Origin: Girardia tigrina
Lineage: Eukaryota
DNA length: 64,000 bases
Assembly: GCA_001938485.1 (NCBI GenBank)
Contig: MQRK01233142.1
Location: forward strand, 4,321-68,320
Direction of reading: 5' to 3'
Numbering within the stretch: the stretch's first letter is position 1; every line of letters begins with the position of its first letter. A program made the position numbers and the translations under genes. The notes below the pieces were generated by a model that saw only the letters and a program-made list of their open reading frames with translations, did not search any database and was not told the origin of the DNA. Positions 1-12,794 of this stretch are shown here, piece after piece.

Positions 1-511
1 CAGCCAATAAAATTTAAAGTAAATATTTTTAAATAAAATATTTTTCTCAAGTTAGTTCAGATTGTAATGAGAGATATTGAAAAATTGATTGATGGAATCT
101 AGTGAAAGCCTTACTGTTGTACATCATAAAGATGATAAAAATTGTGAATGTAATAAATGTTCTGTCAAATGTGTGAGTTCTCTTAACACAGTGTATATTA
201 TACACTCTATGAGTCATCAGAAATAGTTCGGTCAATCCTCAAATCCAAACAAAGAACTGTTTGTTTGGATTTAAATTTAAATCAATTATTAATAAATTAT
301 TTTGAATTAATTAATTAATTATTTTTTCTTAATTTCTTTTGATTTCATTATTTAATTTAATAGCTTTTTCATATTATTTATATATTATTCGCATTTATAA
401 AAATAAGCAACATTAAATGTGATAAAAAATCAAAAAGAATAAAACGACTTTGAATTTCTTTCTTTCGAACAACGATAAACGATTTTATTTCAAGTGAAAG
501 GCTATCTTTAG

Positions 512-941
512 ACATTATTAAGAACACTAATTGGATTTTCAATATATTTATTAATATCACAACTTGAATTGTTACTAGAACAATTCTCCATAAAACATTC
601 GTAGATCGTCATCGTTCTTGATTAATAAATTTAATTATATTTTTCAAAGTTTTATTATTTAAACAAATTTAAAGTACAATTTATTTAAAATTCGCTTTCA
701 AAATAATTTAAAATTTAAATTACAAAAATAATTTTATTTATTTTTAAAAATATTTTAAATATATTATTTATGACACATTAATTTAATTTTAAAGATGGTT
801 ATTTAAATTTTAAAACTGAATAAATAATTCGACGTTTTATAATATTTAAAATATCAGTCTTTCATCTAGGTGGGAGAAACACAATCCTATAACAACATAC
901 CAAACAACATACAATAAGCACCATTCAAAATCTTCCTCACA
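512..941. repeat. Dispersed repeat ending in TTCCTCACA (second copy 30741-31139)
   Basis: About 400 bp of colinear homology; terminus related to the TIR of 12795-13918. Confidence 0.8.
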
Positions 942-1039
942 GACATGAAAGGATTGTATTTGAATATACATATGAATGCATAATTATAAATAAAGATTTT
1001 AATTATAAAACTCTGAAACAAAGGTTATGCTTTCCCTTT

Positions 1040-2400
1040 TCCACTGCCACATTTCTCTAGAGACTAATGATCTAGTTTCCTTCTTTTTTCGATGTTTCTG
1101 TTTTTTTTCCTATGATTTATCTGTATGATTCAGCCTCTTTTAGGTAAGAGTGACAAATCTCGCTTTCGGGTATACCTACCAATGAATGATTTTATCATTG
1201 TTTCGGTAACCTTTCGTCCTGGTCCAGCATCATTCAATTTTACTAGAATTTTGTTCTGAAAAACAATTAACACTATAAATTCATACAACGAAACATTACT
1301 ACAGACAAATTTAAAATATTATTCACACATTTCATTATTAAAACAGTAGCCCTTTTGTTTTATTAAAACATCTTTTTCACAAACAAAATTTTTTTCTGAA
1401 AGATACACAATTTTTTTTGTTAAGTCTTTATGTGTGCGACAAAAATAACTATATGATCTTCATTCGATCTGATTGGAAAAATGTTTTCCCCTCTCAGTTA
1501 TTGAAAATATCAAACTAAAATTAACCATTCTCATACAGGATGACTGATTTAATGCCAATAATTGGAAGGACACATATTTTCAAGAATGTTGGAATATGGT
1601 CAGTCTAAAAAAATGGTTTCTTGATGAGAAGCAGAGGTTGATTTTTTGTCAATACTTGTATAAATTGTCATGAAGTATAAACTCCGAGAAAGTCTTCTAA
1701 ACAGCTGATATTAGAGACTTAAGTGTAACGAGAAGGGGAATAAAATTAATAATTGTTTGAAATATAATGATAAGATTTTTGAAGATAGAATGCAGTATAC
1801 AAAAATTATAGATGGCATGATTAGGAAATTCTGTAAACATTTATGTGCCATATTTTTCGGACGATAAGGCACACATGAAATCTTTATATTTGCTTTAAAA
1901 AATCGGCAATGCGTCTTATGTATGACGATTGGTTGTGTTAAGACCAAGCAACCTCAAATCAAGTTCTATGTTCACGAAATTCTTTAAAGAAGGACGATAT
2001 TTTTGCAAATAAAAGGATTTTAGGTCCGATAATTACGGTAACTACTTAGTTGTTTGATTGACTAGGTCAACCATGGTAAAGTAATCTTTTATCTTCTTCC
2101 ACTATTCTTATCCATGTAATATTAGATATAATTCTATGGAAGTTTTTTTACCTACGGATTGGAAACCACAATCCATAATCATCCAATATTCAAAAACATG
2201 AATATTTTAAACAGTATACTTTGCTAAAGTTCATTGAAATCAATTTTGGAGGCACGATTCATTTAACTTTTCTAAGACATATTTTCACTATTTATTAATG
2301 AATAGGGTCGAACCTTGCATGTTTTTAATTTCTTTTGGGATCACTTTGATATATAAGGATATTTGTCACACTTGGACGACTTGAATTACTACAGCTTTCC
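1040..2400 (-). mobile_element. Possible decayed Gypsy/Ginger integrase region
   Basis: Coding-like composition with many stops; TSASHQET (resembling TSAYHPQTN) and KILVKLNDAGPGRKVT (GPY/F-like). Confidence 0.3.
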
Positions 2401-3150
2401 ACATTTTAACCTCTAAATTTGGTCAATTCTAAAATTGGCCAAATTCCCATTTTTACAACTTTTAGAAACAACCTTTTAAAAATCAATGTAGACCATCTAC
2501 ATTAGGCCAAATTCTACTTTTGGCCAAAAATTTAAAGATTTTAAAGCAGATATTCAAGATACCATGGAGGAAGATGATTTTTTATGATTAATTATAACAA
2601 AAGTGATACATTATTGGAATATGAAATTGGAGAAAAGAAAAATGGAGATGCTAACAACTCTAAGATACTCTGAGAATTCATTTTTCATTTTAATGTTCCA
2701 AATAAAAATAAAGCATCTGGTTATAATAAATTTTAGACTATTTAATTAAAATATTATGAAATTTTAATTGTAAATAATAATTAAGAACATTACTATTAAG
2801 ATATATTCAACATTCAAGTAATTATTGAAAATATAAATAAAATTTAAATTTCTAGTGGACTTCAATATTCAATTTTTAACATGACAAATGTTTTATTGTG
2901 AAATGGTAATTTTGGTTCTATTTAACTTTTCTTTTATTTGCCTGGAACAAATCTCTTTGAATTGATTTCTAAAATACACAAAAATTGAACAAAATATTCA
3001 ATGTCAATTTATGTCATATCAATTTTTCACATTTATTAATTTTGTATTTGAACGTAATTTATTTATAATTTTTATTGTTTCAATTTTACAATAAATTTTA
3101 ATTATTTTTATTGAGTATATTTTTTAGAGATTTGTACGTAATTCATATAT

Positions 3151-5430
3151 ATGTGTAGGACAAAATAATGGAAACACCTAATATTTTGCATCATCATCTT
3201 TTAACATATTGCAAAAAATCCAAACTTGACATATTTTAATGTTTTTAGTTCATAATATTATGTTAGTTCATATGTTTATTCTAAAAACTTTATTTTCTAG
3301 AAATTTCAAAAATAATTATAATCTGATAAAAGTGACAGATATCTCGGACTTTCAAAAAGACCAAATGTTTGATGTTCCTATAATTCATGTGAGTGCAACA
3401 GAAACTATCCGAATCCTTAGGGTTTCAATATGTACTATTTTACAAGTAATGACTGCTATTTAAAAAGAAGCTAAAACGACCTCAACAGAGCACAAATCAA
3501 TTAGGGTGAACCAAAAGTCTTTTCGTATTTTCTACGTCTTTTTGTTCAATTGTTTCTTATTACCAAATAAAGATATTTTATATACATGTGTTATATGTTT
3601 TTAAAGCTCTTGAATTTTTCTATCACAATATATATTAAAACTTCTAATTAGTCGTTAATATAATTTTTATGGTCTTTTAGAAAAATCATGGAAAATTCTG
3701 AAATTCGTGTTCTTTTACGCCATTACTGGAAACATGGCTTAAACGCAACTACAGCAACAAAGAAGATATGCGAAGTTGAAGGCGATAATAAGCTCTCAAA
3801 TCATACTGCACAAAATTGGTCCAAAAGGTTCAATGAAGGCGACATTGACCTCGGAGACAATGCACGTTCAGGCTGACCTATCACAGTAGATTCCGGAGCA
3901 ATTCGTGAAGCCGTCGAGACAAATCCGTCAATAAGTACTCGCAGATTTTCGGCCGAACTCGATATTCCTCAAACATCCATTGTACGACACCTTCACGCTC
4001 TTGGCAAGGTCAATAGACGATGTCGAGAAGTGCCTCATGAATTGACACAAATTCAAGCCGAAAAGCGTTTCGAAACTCGTCAAAAATTGCTTGAAAATCC
4101 ACGCGATGACCGTTTCATCCGACGAATTGTAACTTGCGATAAAAAGGGGGTTTACTTCAGTAATCCAGACCAACAAAATCAATCGTTGAACCCCGGACAA
4201 ATGGTGAAACCGGTAGCGAAACGAGATCGTTTCTCAAGGAAGGCACTTTTGTGTGTTTGGTCGAATTTCGATGGCGTGATTCACTTCGAGCTGGTTCCAA
4301 ATGGTCGTACCATCGACGCTGACCTTTACTGCGCCAAACTTAATCGAATGTATGCGGCACTTGGTGAGAAATACCCCGTTTGATCAATCGAAAGCGAGTT
4401 CTTCTACAACAGGACAATGCAAAACCGCACACCGCCAAACAAAGGAAAAAATCAAAAATCTCGACGCCTTTGAACTTCTTCCAAAACCCAGCGTATAGTA
4501 CGGATCTTGCGCCATCTGACTATCACCTTTTCCGCTCTATGGCACACTTTCTTCGTGGTCGCAGCTTTAATAATCTGGCCGAGGTCGAAAACGGGTGTTA
4601 CCAGTTCTTCGCTTCTAAGAACAAGGATTGGTACCGCAGCGGGATCGCACAACTTACCCATAGATGTGTTCAAGCTATAGATTCAAATGGCCTTTACTTT
4701 GAAACTTAAATTTTTTTATGTGTTGTAAAATTATGTTTAAATTTTTAATAAAAAATACGAAAAGACTTTTGGTTTACCCTAATAGTCAAAAGTTCGAATT
4801 CGAAAACATCTAGTCTGTGAGAGACCATAGGACTTTAAATCAAATTGTTGGGGAGATTCACCAAAACCACGGCACCGAAAATCTTTACAGAGCTGATGAA
4901 AACAGACCAAGAACCCAGTTTCCAAAAAACTGTCAACTGAAAGCTGCACAAATCGAGATTTCACGGAAAAGCTGAAAATAGAAAACTCCTGCTCTGAAAG
5001 ACAAATGTTTAAAGGTATTAAGAGTGTTGTTCAAAATAATCAAAATTTGACCCTCAAACAGTGAAAATATGTGATTTTATTTGATAAATCATAGTTTAAC
5101 CTAATTTCGACCACCGGTCGAGTGTACGTTTGAAGACATCAAAATAAGCAATTAACATAGACTGTCTTATCCCAACTGTAAAACATGATGGGGTATCTGT
5201 GATGATCCAGAATGCTATTTCCTTGAAATATTACGACCTATAATTTCTTTCCATGGAAGAATTGAAAACCAAGACTATTAAAAAATATTTGTTGATGCAG
5301 TTCATTCTATGGTTCGAAAAATTTTTCGGAGGGGATATTGATATTTCAAGATGATAATATGCCAAGTTATACAGAGAGAACTGTTTAAAAATGGCACGAA
5401 GAATATTCTAATGAAGTTGAGCATCCACTC
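3151..5430 (+). mobile_element. Degenerate Tc1-like transposon interrupted by the mariner at 3501-4782
   Basis: Left end gtgtaggacaaaataatggaaacacc; N-terminus DISDFQKDQM...VSATETIRILRVS (Tc1 HTH-like). After the mariner: TGRVYV, DCLIPTVKHDGVSVMI, IFQDDNMP. Right TIR not found. Confidence 0.75.
3501..4782 (+). mobile_element. Full-length mariner (DD34D) transposon with inactivated transposase 3688..4709
   Basis: TIRs ttagggtgaaccaaaagtcttttcgtatttt / aaaatacgaaaagacttttggtttaccctaa; TA on the right side; 1282 bp. Motifs VPHELT, IVTCD, QDNAKPH, YSTDLAPSDYHLF; one stop and two frameshifts. Confidence 0.95.
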
Positions 5431-6114
5431 CATTTCATCCACATGGATCAACTGAAATGACTGATCGAATGATAAATTTGACAGAACAATGTTTTCAGAA
5501 GGATTATCATATGATTACTGTCTCTGTTACCTCGAAATTACCTCCTTTTTTTAAATGGAAATAGATAGAGTTTTAAGATTGACTAATGAGAATGAATATG
5601 ATTCATTTTGATGTAATATTACTTAATTTTAAAATTTCACGTCATTCACCTTTCAATTTATATAAACTTAATTCCGTGTTACTTTTAGTATTATTAGAAA
5701 GCTGCACTATTTTTTAAAATCTTTTACACGTTTTGGGTTAGTAATTTTATATATAATGATTGATATTGATTGCGAATTTCAATGATAATTGTATTAATGC
5801 TGAACATTTTTTGAAAAATTTTCAAAACTATTCTTGCTTTGAACGTTTATTTAATAATAAAAATAAAAACATTCTTTACAACCCTGTATAAAAAAGGAGT
5901 ACTTCACTTCATAACACCCATATTTTGTCATTATGCCCTTTTCTTGTCTTTTTGACAAAATCACCGACCTTGCTTGAGCGGTGCAAAACTTTTTATTATT
6001 ATAGTTATTATAAATATTTCAATTGTTTAAATATTCCAATAATTATTTATTTTGTTAACTTAATTCATTTAAAAATAAACAACAATTTTAAATTGAAAAT
6101 CATTTTTCGTTATA

Positions 6115-7402
6115 TTAGGTTGTTCGATATGAAACGGGTCAAACTTCACACCTTACATTTCAATCGCGTATAACTTAACTTTGAACTATCGTATGAAAAT
6201 AAATAAGGTATTTCTTGACAGATATANNNNNNNNNNNNNNNNNNNNNNNNNNNNNNNNNNNNNNNNNNNNNNNNNNNNNNNNNNNNNNNNNNNNNNNNNN
6301 NNNNNNNNNNNNNNNNNNNNNNNNNNNNNNNNNNNNNNNNNNNNNNNNNNNNNNNNNNNNNNNNNNNNNNNNNNNNNNNNNNNNNNNNNNNNNNNNNNNN
6401 NNNNNNNNNNNNNNNNNNNNNNNNNNNNNNNNNNNNNNNNNNNNNNNNNNNNNNNNNNNNNNNNNNNNNNNNNNNNNNNNNNNNNNNNNNNNNNNNNNNN
6501 NNNNNNNNNNNNNNNNNNNNNNNNNNNNNNNNNNNNNNNNNNNNNNNNNNNNNNNNNNNNNNNNNNNNNNNNNNNNNNNNNNNNNNNNNNNNNNNNNNNN
6601 NNNNNNNNNNNNNNNNNNNNNNNNNNNNNNNNNNNNNNNNNNNNNNNNNNNNNNNNNNNNNNNNNNNNNNNNNNNNNNNNNNNNNNNNNNNNNNNNNNNN
6701 NNNNNNNNNNNNNNNNNNNNNNNNNNNNNNNNNNNNNNNNNNNNNNNNNNNNNNNNNNNNNNNNNNNNNNNNNNNNNNNNNNNNNNNNNNNNNNNNNNNN
6801 NNNNNNNNNNNNNNNNNNNNNNNNNNNNNNNNNNNNNNNNNNNNNNNNNNNNNNNNNNNNNNNNNNNNNNNNNNNNNNNNNNNNNNNNNNNNNNNNNNNN
6901 NNNNNNNNNNNNNNNNNNNNNNNNNNNNNNNNNNNNNNNNNNNNNNNNNNNNNNNNNNNNNNNNNNNNNNNNNNNNNNNNNNNNNNNNNNNNNNNNNNNN
7001 NNNNNNNNNNNNNNNNNNNNNNNNNNNNNNNNNNNNNNNNNNNNNNNNNNNNNNNNNNNNNNNNNNNNNNNNNNNNNNNNNNNNNNNNNNNNNNNNNNNN
7101 NNNNNNNNNNNNNNNNNNNNNATCTCGCACCCACGGACTACCACTTTTTCCAAAGCTTGGACAACTTCTTGTCGGGGAAAAATTTCACTTCTTCGGGGGC
7201 TGTGAAAACGGCTTTTCAAGAATTCATTGACTCTCGTGAAACAGTGTTTTATACTAAAGGGTTAAATGTGTTACCATTGAAATGGCAACAGTGTGTTGAC
7301 AACATGGGGGGATATTTTGATTAAAAATAAAATGTTATTATTTAAAAAAAATCGATTTACATTTTACTTTAATTTTGACCCGTTTCATATCGAACAACCT
7401 AA
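6115..7402 (+). mobile_element. Mariner transposon (cecropia/Hsmar1-like C-terminus), interior in assembly gap
   Basis: Perfect TIRs ttaggttgttcgatatgaaacgggtcaaa with TA on both sides; 1288 bp including the N gap. C-terminus LAPTDYHFFQSLDNFL...KWQQCVDNMGGYFD*. Confidence 0.95.
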
Positions 7403-9479
7403 TATTTTTTAATGGTACGTTTTTTTCCAATTTTTTTGTTTGTAATATAATTAAAATTCTTCAAACAGTCGAATCAAATTTTAAACATAAGAATTTTCAA
7501 TTTTTTTAAGAGTCTATTTTAATAATTTTCAAAATAAAATTGACTGGACCAATTTAGTCTGTAAAGAACATAAACTAAGAAATAAAATTTATGAAATAAA
7601 ATATTGATCGGGGTTTGATAACCAATTAAACTTGGAAATCCTCGCTCTTTAATATTAAGACAAAATTATATAATATACTCTGGGCCAGTTTACGCAATTG
7701 CATATTCCGGTGATGTCATGACATATGAAATCAACGGAATTTGAACTCTAGTGATGTCATTATATGTGACATCATTGAAGCTCAATATTACTGAATGTGG
7801 TGAGGAATGACATCACCACATAGTCGAAGAAACAATTGTATAATTTTCTATAAAGGAAATTCTCTTTGATTTATTTATTTCTTTTTCCATATATAAGTGA
7901 ATAAAATAGAAAATGAAAACATGCTGTTTATATAGATCTATATACACCAAAATCATAAGCAAACACCATAAAAAATGAAGGCAAAGTTTTTCAATTTTTT
8001 TAATTAATTATTTTTCTAAATCTCATAAACCAAAATTTTAACTATTACGTATTAACAATCTTTATCTCAAAGAAAAATAAAAAAATTGAAATGATATTTA
8101 AATAAAAAAACTAACAATTTTCTAACAAATATTGGAATATAGTTTAACACTCGTTCATGTAAAAAACAAAATCACCTTAACATAGTTATGAACATTAAAA
8201 AACCAAATTTCTGTTTTTATTAAAAACTAATTACATATAGAAGTTAGATAGACGCATATCAATTTGTAGTTACAATCTCAAATTTTTATTAATTGGTGAC
8301 ATCCTTTTCATAGTCTTATTTTCATAATAATTGTCGTTCTAAGCTATTTGCATAGATCTATTGTAAAATTATTAACAAAAGAACTTGCACATCAATGATA
8401 AATGAATACTTTTGATCATACATTGCATTTTTGCAGATAACCATAGCAAATAATTACAAAAGACAAGCAATAAAAGATTATATACAATTTCAATAATTTT
8501 AAACAATATTTGCTTAATAGCGGATCGGTGGCGCTGGTTGGGGGTTACTACATCGCAAATGAATATCAGTAAATTTATTCTCACCGTGCTTGGTGTTGAT
8601 ATTCAAATGGAACTTAAAAACCACATCATGACTGTCGAACGAGTTTCCGGTGTCATCGAAAAGAGATATTTTTAATTAGAATTGGTGAGATTGAGAGAAA
8701 ACTCAATGTATTGAACGGGATCAACAATCTAACAAATTTATTTCAACTCATAATTGACAATCTCATAACGTTCGCGAATTAAATCAAAGATTGAAATGTA
8801 GATCACTCGAATTTCTAATAATTTGTTTATGGTTGTGGTGATAAATAAAAAAATGACAATTGTTGAAATATACAATTTACGTGTGAAAAATTTTAATTAA
8901 TAAATAGAGATTTCAACTGTTTTTCAAACTGATTACAATTAACTTTGACTGCATTAATTTATTTCTTTATAAAAATAAATTCATTTTATAATTTTCGGTG
9001 GATTCAACATTATTTCTTTCTACGATTTCAAGAGTTCAATGGTCACATTAACCGCCATTCTGAGCTGCGGAGACTGCAATAGAGCGGAGAGACGGTACGG
9101 GAGTTCAACGCTTATCCACCCGCCAACCGGTGACCGTCAGGCTCGACCGGTTTGTGGCGCCCACTTAATCGACCGATTGACTTCATCATTCGATTACTTC
9201 CCATACAATAAAGAGATACTGGCCACTATCGCTCGTCCCGGGGGCTAGCACCTCAATGGTTAATAAACGTTACTTGTTAGAATTGAATATTTCTCTATTT
9301 CATTTCACTGATTAGAAACGGTTCCAAATCACACTCGATTTGATCGGACAAGTCGTCAATACAAAACGAATCGACATTTCCCTTTTTGCAATTCATCATC
9401 CGTTCGTTTAGTCAACAATTTAATATTTCAAGATATCATTGGATATTAATGGGAAAAGAATTTTAATTTCATTAAAGAT

Positions 9480-10200
9480 TTTAAGATTTGAAAAGGCTTC
9501 ACTTTGTCCATTTTGAATGTTTATTAATCGGTTGTAGTGTCCATCAATAATGATTTGCAGATCTTCCACTCATAATGCGAATCAAACCCCTTCTGTATAA
9601 TAGCAAACTAATCCTTTGAAACAGAATAAATTTTATTTTTTACAATATAACAAATGATGAAGAACCTCATTCGATCGACTTAATTGTGAATGCTCACTAA
9701 TCCGGGTTTTGAGAAAGTACAATTTGTCTCTCAAATGAACGAGTTTTTACACCAATCACAATTAAATTTATTAACCAGATTAGCTTGTAATCCACAAATC
9801 GTTTTCGATTTTTTTGAGAGGAAGCTTTGAAGTTTGGATGTCATGGAAACCACTTTGACACTACTTACATTCTTGCAAACACTCTTCTTAAATGATTCTT
9901 TAATTTATTTGTTTGTTCTCTTCAATGTTTTATTCATTTCGTCCTTTCTTAACTCTTGTTTGTGCACATAATTTGTCTAATGTAACCGTTATGTTATGAT
10001 CTATCTGTTTGTTTGTGAACGTGTTATCTCTCAAGCGTACTCGAAGAATATTTTGACTTGCGTTTTCAAAATTGGAAGACAAACTCCAAACTCTGCAAAA
10101 TAGGCACTTTATCATACCCTCTCTAAATTTTCCTCACAAAAGCTTCCTTTTTCTATTTTACACAAGAGCTTTGATTCACATAATGAGCGGTAATTCTGCA
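9480..10200 (-). mobile_element. Penelope-like retroelement relic (RT thumb + GIY-YIG C-terminal region)
   Basis: GMIKCLFCRVWSLSSNFEN...LRDNTFTNKQID, KTRISEHSQLSRSNEVLHHLLYC, GFDSHYEWKICKSLL, INIQNG. Shares tttgattcgcattatg with the copy at about 33050. Confidence 0.65.
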
Positions 10201-11439
10201 AATCATTATTAATAACACACTAAAACTGATTAATAAAAAGAATCATGTCATTAAAAACTAACTTTTTATAAAACTAACATTAAAACTTACAAATATTAAA
10301 TTATACTTGCTGTAGAGAATGGTATATGAAATTCCGAAACATGTTTAATAACCAATTTCTTAAAAAGCTTTAAGAAAATTTATTTTTAATCTATGATCCA
10401 TCAATATATTTTTAAATAGAATGTCTTAATACATTAATTATTAAAAATTTTGACAATTTCGCCATCAATGAGTTAAATCTTAGTCAGAAGAAAGTCATAA
10501 CTCAATTGCATTAATTATTCTTTCAGTCTATGTTTGAATTTGCCATCAGCTTGGAGTATATTTGCATAAAATTATAGGTTTTATTTAGTAGAGAATTCGG
10601 AACAAGTAGATTTAAATCAGAAACTATTATTATTTTCCGACAGAGAATTTCAGATTTATAATAAATTTATTCATTGTTGATTATTTTTCTAATTTAAATA
10701 TTGGACAATTACGCTACATAATACGTCCATATTTTGTGTAATTGTGAGGCTTATAAATACTAGAATGAAAAATTGTAAATTAATATACTTTATGTTCTTG
10801 TGAAAGTTGTTGTAATTCATATCTATTTTTATAAATTTATACTGAGCCTTTAATTTTTACTAAACTTTGCTTTTATTTTCATAATATTCGAATTTCGTTT
10901 TTGAAAAATTGTTACACCAGAAAATAATAATTCAGGAGGAACCTAAGCACTTTCTTTTTTTTACACAAACCATTATAAATAAATATAGATATTGTTATTT
11001 CATTTATTAAAATTATAAAGTTATTTATTAAAATTTTGTCACAAATATTTTTTTTCATTTGTATTAAATTTCCATTTTATTTTATATTTTAATTTAATCG
11101 TTTCTCAATTACATTTCAATTTCTATAAAATCACATTTTCAAAAAAAAATTAAAATCACATTTTAATTTACTTCAATTTAATCGTTTTAAATTTATATTT
11201 AGATAAAAGTTACAAAATAATAGTTTAGTTTATTTTAATTTCAAAAATTAAATATTAAACTTTATATTCCTCTTTCTTTTACTTAAATTAAATATTTATA
11301 TCAAAATTAAAATTTACTTTATAATAAATCTTTTTATTGACTCTAAATTAAATTTTAATAGACCTACAGTAAAATTTATTTTATTTTTGCATAAATTAAT
11401 TTTTTACATTAAATTGAGAAAATCCTATTTTAACATATC

Positions 11440-12110
11440 TACAACTCTACGAAATGTAGAAAATCAAGGGCTTTGTTCAAGAAAAGAATTCTAGACTTTA
11501 TGAGTAAGGAGTAATATGTCGGCCGATTTCTCGATGAAGGTTGGCGAATGAGTCAATGTATCTTCATTGACGAAATTGGCTTTAATTTATGAACCACTCG
11601 GAAATTCGGATGATCGAATAGAGAATTACCGACCTATACAGTCATTCCAACAAACAGGAGCAAAAATGTGTCGCTAATTATGGTAATCGGAAAGCATGGT
11701 CCATTGCTTTAAAAATTTTACAGTGGCAGCGCAGACCACGTGAATTATCAGTCCTTTATCGGTGAATTATCAAGTACTTTTCCCGGGACACCACATTTCT
11801 GATTCACGATAATGCACGAATTCATGGCAATACTACCTCAAATTTTCAGATTAAAAATTTGCGCCCTTATTTTCCATTCCTCAAGCCAATATAGGCCTTC
11901 TTTGCCAAATTAAAAATGGTATGAAGACAGAGATGATTAATTATTCAGACCTATTGTCGATCAGTCAGCAAGAAAGACAAGCCACTTTAAAAGAAAAAAT
12001 TGAAGCTATGGCGGCAAAAGAAGAAAACAGGGACATGAGAAATCACTACCGACACGTCAATAAATATTTCAAGGATTGTATATTGAAAAAAAGATATACA
12101 TGGTGACTGA
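11440..12110 (+). mobile_element. Degenerate IS630/Tc1-superfamily (DDE_3-type) transposase relic
   Basis: CIFIDEIGFNL*TTRKFG, PTNRSKNVSLIMVIG, LIHDNARIH, and LRPYFPFLKPI* (resembling LPPYSPFLNPIE). TIRs not resolved. Confidence 0.7.
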
Positions 12111-12794
12111 AGGGATAAAAAAGAATTTGTGTAAATATTTGTGTTAATAAATGTATAATAAAAATCTTACTTTTTCATTTTTACATTTAATTCATACACG
12201 AAGCATTAAAAATTTAGAAAAATATCATAATTCATTTAAGCAAGTCTTAAAAATATTGGCATGAATTTGCAGTTAACTCAAGCCATTTTATAAGCATTGT
12301 AATGTTTGAAATTGACTTCAGAGTCCTGCTTGGTTTTTTAGAAATGGAAATTCTCCTGCATATTTATTTAAAATTTTCAAGATCTTTTTGACAAGTTCAA
12401 AAAATTAGTATTTTCAACTGAAAATTAGTATTTTAAGAATAAATTTGAAAATAGAATAAATTCAATAAATACCTCACCCATTTTACCAAAACAAATAGAT
12501 CAAACAATATAAATATATTGGATACGTAAAACAAAATTTTATTTTTTCAGAATTTTTAACCCAACTAAAGATAAAAAAATAAATTTGAAAATAGAAAAAC
12601 TGTTATAAAATACATTACACTTGTTCATAGGTAGAACAAAACAGAACATTGACTTAAATGTTTTATATTTAATTTGAAAATTGAAAAACTATTTATGTGA
12701 ACTTTTCACTTTGAACTTTAAACCACATTGAAGAAATGGAAACTTAATACCTTAAAAATTAAGTAATGACAATTAAAATTGTAACTATAGTTAT

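Noticed and set aside
195-232. CTGATGA on the minus strand as a hammerhead core
   Set aside because: No GAAA after the candidate stem II; other CTGATGA hits (4893, 48227, 55367) also lack the required stems.
6146-7230. Long ORFs of 314-357 aa in the ORF track
   Set aside because: Artefacts of translating through an N gap; only the mariner C-terminal frame ending at 7324 is real.
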